From: Telmatocola sphagniphila
GTDB lineage: Bacteria; Planctomycetota; Planctomycetia; Gemmatales; Gemmataceae
DNA length: 32,000 nt
Direction: 5' to 3'
NCBI RefSeq assembly: GCF_018398935.1
Contig: NZ_CP074694.1
Coordinates: 6,300,001 to 6,332,000, forward strand
Shown here: one piece after another, positions 26,757-32,000 of the stretch
Numbering within the stretch: the first letter of the stretch is position 1
How the letters are laid out: every line of letters starts with the position of its first letter
Position numbers and translations under genes: made by a program
Notes under the pieces: generated by a model
The model's input: the letters and a program-made list of their open reading frames with translations, nothing else
Databases searched by the model: none
Told to the model about the DNA's origin: nothing

Positions 26757-27847
26757 TACACTTTCTCCCGCGTTCGGGAGCCGAGCAATCCGGTGGGGCG
26801 GAAAACGAGGATCAGAATCAGAATCGCGAAGACGAAAGCACTGGTCCACTTTTCATCGATGTAGGCACTCCCCAGCGATCGTACCAAACCGATGATAATA
26901 CCGCCGAGTACCGCGCCGGGGATATTGCCAATTCCCCCCAGCACCGCTGCCGTGAAAGCATAGAGACCATTCTGAAAGCCAACTTGATAACTGGTGGTAT
27001 TGATGTAGAGGGCATAAGTAACGCTCCCTACGCCCCCGAGCGCTCCGCCGATCAGGAATGTCGTTGCAATGACGCGATCCACATTGATACCCATCAGGCG
27101 GGCCGCCGTGGGATTCTGAGCCGTTGCCCGCATTGCCTTACCCGTTTGAGTGAATTTCACAAACCAGGTGAGAAATATCATGCTGGGTATGGTCACGGCA
27201 ATGACCATGGCATCTTTCCAGGTGATTCGAAATTTGGATTCTTCTTTGGCTTTGATGGTAGGCTTGGACTTGGAATCTTTAGCAGAATCTGATTTGTCTG
27301 ACTTCGCGGTGGTTACCGCCTCTTCTACCGGACTGGACCGCTCCAGAATATTTTCGTTACTGACAATATTGGGGAAGGCTCTCTGCGAAGCCGCCGGAAC
27401 CGCTCGGCCATCCTCATAGACCGCGGCGTTCCAGAACAACCCGATGTTCATGAAGCAGAAGGATACCCCAATGGCGGATACCAGAGGCGCCAACTTAGGG
27501 GCCGATCTTAGTGGCCGGTATACCACTTTATCGACCGCCACGTTTAAGGTGGCACAGAAAAGCGGGACCACAATCATCATCACTGCAATGGCCAGCGCGG
27601 CCTTGGAGGTGGAAATCTCGCCGGCCGTACTCACTGAAATCCCCATCAGGGAAAGCAGTGTCAGGGCCATGAAAGTGCCGAGCATGAACAGATCGCCGTG
27701 GGCGAAGTTGATGAGCTCGACGATCCCGTATACCATCGTGTAGCCCAGCGCGATGAGCGCGTAAAGCATGCCGATGATCAGACCACCCAGACAGTATTGA
27801 AAAAACATCTGTAGGCCGCCGGAATCCGAGGCGGCAAACAGTGTCAT
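26756..27847 (-). CDS. livH: LivH-type ABC transporter permease
   Basis: It has the LivH hallmark ALIALGYTMVYGIVELINFAHGD. I chose the ATG at 27847; the track ORF starts 5 codons upstream at a TTG (27862). It contains a K/S/D-rich hydrophilic loop. Confidence 0.8.
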   Translation of the reverse strand: MTLFAASDSGGLQMFFQYCLGGLIIGMLYALIALGYTMVYGIVELINFAHGDLFMLGTFMALTLLSLMGISVSTAGEISTSKAALAIAVMMIVVPLFCATLNVAVDKVVYRPLRSAPKLAPLVSAIGVSFCFMNIGLFWNAAVYEDGRAVPAASQRAFPNIVSNENILERSSPVEEAVTTAKSDKSDSAKDSKSKPTIKAKEESKFRITWKDAMVIAVTIPSMIFLTWFVKFTQTGKAMRATAQNPTAARLMGINVDRVIATTFLIGGALGGVGSVTYALYINTTSYQVGFQNGLYAFTAAVLGGIGNIPGAVLGGIIIGLVRSLGSAYIDEKWTSAFVFAILILILVFRPTGLLGSRTREKV

Positions 27848-27911
27848 CGAGTCGAGAATCAAAGGCGGAAACTCCGCTAGGAAGGTAGGGATCCCTGGAG
27901 AGAGGGGAGAC

Positions 27912-29240
27912 TTATTTTTGTAGTTCCAGTAGTTTTACGAAATCGAAGTCCATCGTTCCCTTGGCATTCGGTTTTATGGTACTGATGCTCAGAGTCGTGG
28001 AGGTTGTGTCGCCGTTCTTGTCGAACGACCAGGTTCCCAAAGCCCCATCTTTGAAGTCCTTGATACTCAAAGCGGCCTGAGTGATCGCGGCCCGATCCTT
28101 CTTGCCCGCTTTTTTGATGGCTTCCAGAGCCACTTTGCCGCATTCGTAACCGTAAACGGCATAACCTTCGGGATCGGCATTGAAACGCTTCTTGTAGTTG
28201 GCAACGAATTCGGCGCCTTTACCCTTCAACTGATCGGGAGGCATGCCACCGAAAGTGCAGTAGCAGGTCAGTTTCTTGAAAACGTCAGCTCCGGCGGCCT
28301 GAATGAACGCCGCTTCGTAGCAGCCATCCGGAATGATCAGGATGGTCTTTTCCAGGCCTTCCGCAACCATATCTTTGGCGATCTGGCCGGCCCCGGTTTG
28401 CGATGTGCCACCAAAGTAAATGCAGTCCGGATTGAACTGATTCTTGATGCGTTTCATCAGAGTCCGGAAGTCGGACTGCTTGTAGTCGATGCTTTCCTGC
28501 TTGCCAAGGACCTTCAATTGGATTTCTTCGCAGCGATCTTTGAAAATCGTGGCCAGTCCTTTGCCGTAAACTTCATTGTCGTCGAGAATGCAGACGGTTT
28601 TGACACCTTTCGATTTCGCAAAATCCGCCGCAACGGGCCCTTGGATATCGTCCGCCGGTACCACGCGGGTGAAGTTAATGGTTCCCGCGGGTCGGTATTT
28701 TTCTGGTTCACCCGGTTCCGCGCCTTCTTTTTTGGTCAAGCCAATGGCGGTGCAGGCGGGAGATACCATGAGCAGGCTGGCCTTGTTGAGAATCGGCATC
28801 GAAGTGCTGGCCGCTCCCGAGTTGTAAGGCCCTAGGAAAATCATCACGTCGGGATCTTGAATCGCCTTGTTCGCGTTAGCGGTTTCTCGTTCCGGCGTCC
28901 ACTTCCCATCCGCAGCCGTGGCATCGTCGAGATCTTCATATTCAATCTTGAAACTGCCGACTTTATTACCGGCCTCTTCGAAGGCCATCCGGATTCCGTT
29001 GACGATGGTATCGGTCTGGCCTTTAGCACTGCCAGTTCGAGGCAGGCTCGAAACGATTTTGATGACGTCGGGATTGCCCAAGCCGCTGGGATTCACGGCT
29101 TCGGCAGTCGAAGGCGTGGAAGCTTTGGTGGCTGCGCTCGGCTTACTTCCGCCGCTGTCGCACCCGGTAATCAGGACCGACAGTGTCAGGCAAATTCCCA
29201 ATGCAGAGAAAATCTGCCAGTTCGGTTTTTTGACCGTCAT
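27912..29240 (-). CDS. ABC transporter substrate-binding lipoprotein (LivK/LivJ-like, Peripla_BP_6-type)
   Basis: 442 aa with an ATG start preceded by GAGG. It has a signal peptide plus lipobox (LSVLITGCDSGG) and an S/T/A/P-rich linker. The type I periplasmic-binding fold pattern includes IKIVSSLPRTGSAKGQ and GPYNSGAA. Confidence 0.8.
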   Translation of the reverse strand: MTVKKPNWQIFSALGICLTLSVLITGCDSGGSKPSAATKASTPSTAEAVNPSGLGNPDVIKIVSSLPRTGSAKGQTDTIVNGIRMAFEEAGNKVGSFKIEYEDLDDATAADGKWTPERETANANKAIQDPDVMIFLGPYNSGAASTSMPILNKASLLMVSPACTAIGLTKKEGAEPGEPEKYRPAGTINFTRVVPADDIQGPVAADFAKSKGVKTVCILDDNEVYGKGLATIFKDRCEEIQLKVLGKQESIDYKQSDFRTLMKRIKNQFNPDCIYFGGTSQTGAGQIAKDMVAEGLEKTILIIPDGCYEAAFIQAAGADVFKKLTCYCTFGGMPPDQLKGKGAEFVANYKKRFNADPEGYAVYGYECGKVALEAIKKAGKKDRAAITQAALSIKDFKDGALGTWSFDKNGDTTSTTLSISTIKPNAKGTMDFDFVKLLELQK

Positions 29241-29964
29241 GGATGCCTCAGGATCGAAAATACGTTTAAAATTCAGAAAATTCCGTTCACTGCGATGTTA
29301 AAGATTTGAGTAGAGCGCGTCAACGAAAATGCTTCGATAATGCGTGGAGCCCTGCTTGGAACAACCGCGATAGCGATATTCTCGTTTCGGTTTACACTCT
29401 ATTTGGCGAAATAGCGGGCTGTTCTGGGGGCGATATTCCGCTAGTCACTTCTTTCAGGGAAGACATTTCATCGAAAAGTGCCTCGAGAATACTCTAGTAG
29501 AAGAAGCAAGCCCCCACAGTGATCGCGAAGAAACAAAGAAATTGGGTACTGGCTCTGCCGATGATCTCTCGACGGAGACAATCAACGATTTTCTCCATGC
29601 TTTTCTGGAGGTTTCTGATTTTTGGAGATGTACAGGCTCTCAGGTTTGGAGAAAAAAGGTGATGCGGCCGTGCAGAAGGGTAAATTTTCGGTCCGGAAAA
29701 GGGAAATCGACGTTTTTCTTGGAAAAACGCAGAAAAGACCCTTCAAAATTGTCAGTTTAATACCGGGAAGGTCATCAAATTGCTGTTTTCCACTATATGA
29801 AAATTGATGATCTGATGACCTCTCTAGAGAAAACCCGTACACCGAACGGTTTTTTCCCTATCGAATTTTGTGAGGATTATGTGCTTTTCCATTTCTCATC
29901 TTGCCGACCTTCCTCTGGCGCCACATAATTTTCAAATACACTATATGGGCAAAAGTTGTATGAT

Positions 29965-29991
29965 CGTTCGACTAAAAGCAGGTGTCGAACG
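29965..29991 (+). promoter_or_regulatory. Stem-loop in the rpsO 5' leader (candidate S15 autoregulatory element)
   Basis: CGTTCGAC-taaaagcaggt-GTCGAACG forms a perfect 8-bp stem with an 11-nt loop. It ends 27 nt upstream of the rpsO ATG. Confidence 0.25.
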
Positions 29992-30018
29992 CGGAAGTAT
30001 TGAAGGACAAAAGCGAAA

Positions 30019-30285
30019 ATGATCACGAAGGAACGCAAAAGCGGAATTATTGGTGATTTCAAACGAGCCGAGACAGACACGGGTTCACCCGAAGTGCAAG
30101 TGGCTCTTTTGACCGCTCGAATCAATGAATTGACCGAGCACATGCGAGCTCACACGAAGGATCACGCGAGCCGACGTGGGTTGCTCAAGATGGTCAGCAA
30201 GCGAGCCGACCTGTTGAAGTATTTGCAGAATACGGACCGGAATCGGTATCTGGCCGTGATTGGTAAACTGGGACTGCGAAAATAG
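30019..30285 (+). CDS. rpsO: 30S ribosomal protein S15
   Basis: 88 aa: [69 protein letters not shown], the canonical S15 sequence pattern. Confidence 0.95.
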   Translation: MITKERKSGIIGDFKRAETDTGSPEVQVALLTARINELTEHMRAHTKDHASRRGLLKMVSKRADLLKYLQNTDRNRYLAVIGKLGLRK

Positions 30286-30294
30286 TCTTCGCTT

Positions 30295-30325
30295 GCCCGT
30301 CGGTCGAAACCGGCGGGCATTTTTC
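30295..30325 (+). terminator. Rho-independent terminator/attenuator hairpin between rpsO and pnp
   Basis: GCCCGTCGG-tcgaaa-CCGGCGGGC forms a 9-bp stem including one G-U pair, followed by ATTTTTC. It starts 9 nt after the rpsO stop. Confidence 0.65.
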
Positions 30326-30476
30326 ATAAACGGGGGAGAGGTCCTTTTCCCTCGACTCTTCCGAGTGCTGCTTTGGCGATCTCTCGGGTTCTCGACCTGA
30401 ATATCCAACCTGTCGGGTTCCTACCGCGACAATCGCCGGGAAATACCTGCTTAACATCTAAAAGAGGATTGCACCT

Positions 30477-32000
30477 GTGACGGTGACACGTGTTGAATGC
30501 GCTTTAGGCGCTGGTACTTTGATTCTGGAAACGGGAAAATTAGCAAAACAAGCTCACGGATCGGTGGTCGTTCGATACGGCGACACGATGACTCTGGTAG
30601 CCGCGGTGGCCGGCAAGTTGGATCCCACTCGGGATTTCTTTCCCCTGACCGTCGATTATCGAGAAAAACCCCAGGCGGCGGGTAAATTCCCCGGTGGCTA
30701 CATCAAGCGGGAAGGCCGACCTACCACCAAGGAAATTCTGACTGCCCGACTTATCGACCGTCCTATCCGCCCCCTGTTCCCCGCCGATTATTTCAACGAA
30801 GTTCAGGTGATGTGTCAGGTCATCTCCGCCGATCGTGAAAACGATCCGGATATCCTGTCCATGATCGGTGCTTCGGCCGCGCTTTACGCTTCACCGATCC
30901 CGTTCCAGAAGCCGACCGGTGCTGTGCGCGTCGGTCGGGTGAACGGCGAATTCGTGGTGATGCCGAGCCATCACCAGATGGAAGAAAGCGATCTCGATCT
31001 GATCGTCTCCGGCACCAAGGAAGCCGTGGCGATGATCGAAGGTTTCTCCCGGGAACTCTCGGAAGAAGTCATGGGCGATGCCGTGATGTTCGGTCACAAG
31101 TACATCGTTCAAATCTGCGAATTGATCGAAGAACTCCGCGAAAAAGCCGGGATGGGCACCAAACCGGCCGTCGCGGCTTCTCCGGCCAATCCGCTCATCA
31201 AAGAGATGTACGACAAGTTCGCCAAGGAACTGCGGGCTCGCAAACTGACGGTGGCCAAACTGGAACGCTACGAAAAAGTGGCGGCCCTCAAAGACGAGAT
31301 GAAAAAGCATTATTTCCCGGAAGGAGCCACGACTCCTCCCGAATATTCGCCCGGCCAGTTCGCGCAGGCCTGGGCCCTCCTGGAAGAGAAAGTCTTCCGC
31401 GATATCGTGCTCGACGGCGGTCGTATTGATGGCCGGGGTTTCAAGCAGATTCGGGCGCTGCATTGCGAAGTCAGCCTGCTGCCGCGCACGCACGGCTCGG
31501 CCTTGTTTACTCGCGGAGAAACGCAAGCTCTCGTGACCGCAACCCTCGGCACCGCCGCGGATGAGCAGCGGATTGAAGGGCTGGAAGGCGAGTATGTCAA
31601 GAAGTTCATGCTCGACTACAACTTCCCGCCGTTCTCGGTCGGAGAATGCAAGCCGTTACGCGGCCCCGGTCGACGGGAAATCGGCCACGGGATGCTGGCC
31701 GAGCGTTCGCTGAAGGCCGTGATGCCGCTGCCAGGCAAGTTCCCTTATACCGTTCGACTGGTATCCGATATTCTCGAATCGAACGGCTCTTCCAGCATGG
31801 CTTCGGTCTGCGGTGGAACGCTCGCGCTGATGGATGCTGGAGTGCCGATTCAAAATCCGGTGGCAGGCATTTCCATCGGGCTAGTGAAGGAAGCCGATAA
31901 GTTCATCCTCTTTACCGATATCCAGGGCGATGAAGACCACTATGGCGATATGGACTTCAAGGTCGCCGGGACGCAGCGTGGCATCACCGGGATTCAGCTC
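30477..32000 (+). CDS. pnp: Polynucleotide phosphorylase; the N-terminal 508 codons are in the window and the 3' end runs off the right edge
   Basis: Absent from the ORF track because there is no stop in the window. The GTG at 30477 follows AAGAGG (30462-30467), and an in-frame TAA lies at 30459. Translation is VTVTRVECALGAGTLILETGKLAKQAHGSVVVRYGDT...FPLTVDYREKPQAAGKFPGGYIKREGRPTTKEIL...GDMDFKVAGTQRGITGIQL, a classic PNPase. Length to the window end is exactly 508 codons. Confidence 0.9.
   Translation, partial: MTVTRVECALGAGTLILETGKLAKQAHGSVVVRYGDTMTLVAAVAGKLDPTRDFFPLTVDYREKPQAAGKFPGGYIKREGRPTTKEILTARLIDRPIRPLFPADYFNEVQVMCQVISADRENDPDILSMIGASAALYASPIPFQKPTGAVRVGRVNGEFVVMPSHHQMEESDLDLIVSGTKEAVAMIEGFSRELSEEVMGDAVMFGHKYIVQICELIEELREKAGMGTKPAVAASPANPLIKEMYDKFAKELRARKLTVAKLERYEKVAALKDEMKKHYFPEGATTPPEYSPGQFAQAWALLEEKVFRDIVLDGGRIDGRGFKQIRALHCEVSLLPRTHGSALFTRGETQALVTATLGTAADEQRIEGLEGEYVKKFMLDYNFPPFSVGECKPLRGPGRREIGHGMLAERSLKAVMPLPGKFPYTVRLVSDILESNGSSSMASVCGGTLALMDAGVPIQNPVAGISIGLVKEADKFILFTDIQGDEDHYGDMDFKVAGTQRGITGIQL

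Noticed and set aside
30497-31900. Track ORFs inside or antisense to pnp (30497-30685, 30891-31526, 31310-31609, 31646-31900) and around rpsO (29877-30143, 30085-30408, 30194-30457)
   Set aside because: They overlap the unmistakable PNPase and S15 reading frames and have off-frame R/G/S-rich composition.

Overview
This 32-kb chromosomal segment looks planctomycetal, probably Gemmataceae-like. That is an inference from the gene content (DUF1080, DUF1573-like, PQQ-like propeller, a TIGR02996-type N-terminal domain, secreted coiled-coil proteins); there is no rRNA or tRNA gene in the window to confirm it. The backbone is G+C-rich: a hand-counted 60-nt line gives about 58%. Backbone genes are a lipoprotein (partial), an AlkD-like DNA alkylation repair protein, a DUF1080 protein, a YjhG/YagF-type sugar-acid dehydratase with a Dabb protein, a PQQ-like propeller, a 1265-aa uncharacterised helical protein with an 86-aa partner, a secreted esterase, a Y-family DNA polymerase, a secreted coiled-coil protein, a GT2 glycosyltransferase, and rpsO-pnp. 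One tightly packed minus-strand cluster runs livK-H-M-G-F, an enolase-superfamily enzyme, yciI and an rlmI-like gene. The stand-out is a roughly 5.2-kb AT-rich mosaic island (about 10.6-15.77 kb) directly behind the 1265-aa/86-aa gene pair. It contains three copies of a 67-69-bp palindromic element (orientations +, -, +). It also contains a truncated IS66-like 5' end fused at a microhomology to a second, about 360-bp copy of the host gene tail plus the 86-aa gene; that copy is about 6.5% diverged and the changes are almost all synonymous. Its cargo is an AT-rich operon (a DUF1573-like anchored protein plus a Cys-rich signal-peptide/C-terminal-anchor protein) and a 590-aa protein with a C-terminal R-x4-H (HEPN/DUF4209-like) motif, which is a candidate single-gene defence or abortive-infection factor. 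Other oddities are a LivG ATPase with a roughly 195-aa insertion predicted to contain two transmembrane helices, a TIGR02996-like ORF broken by one in-frame TAA, and a 780-bp gene-free region upstream of rpsO. No CRISPR array, rRNA, tRNA or intact recombinase was seen. All family assignments come from reading the translations by eye; no database search was run.
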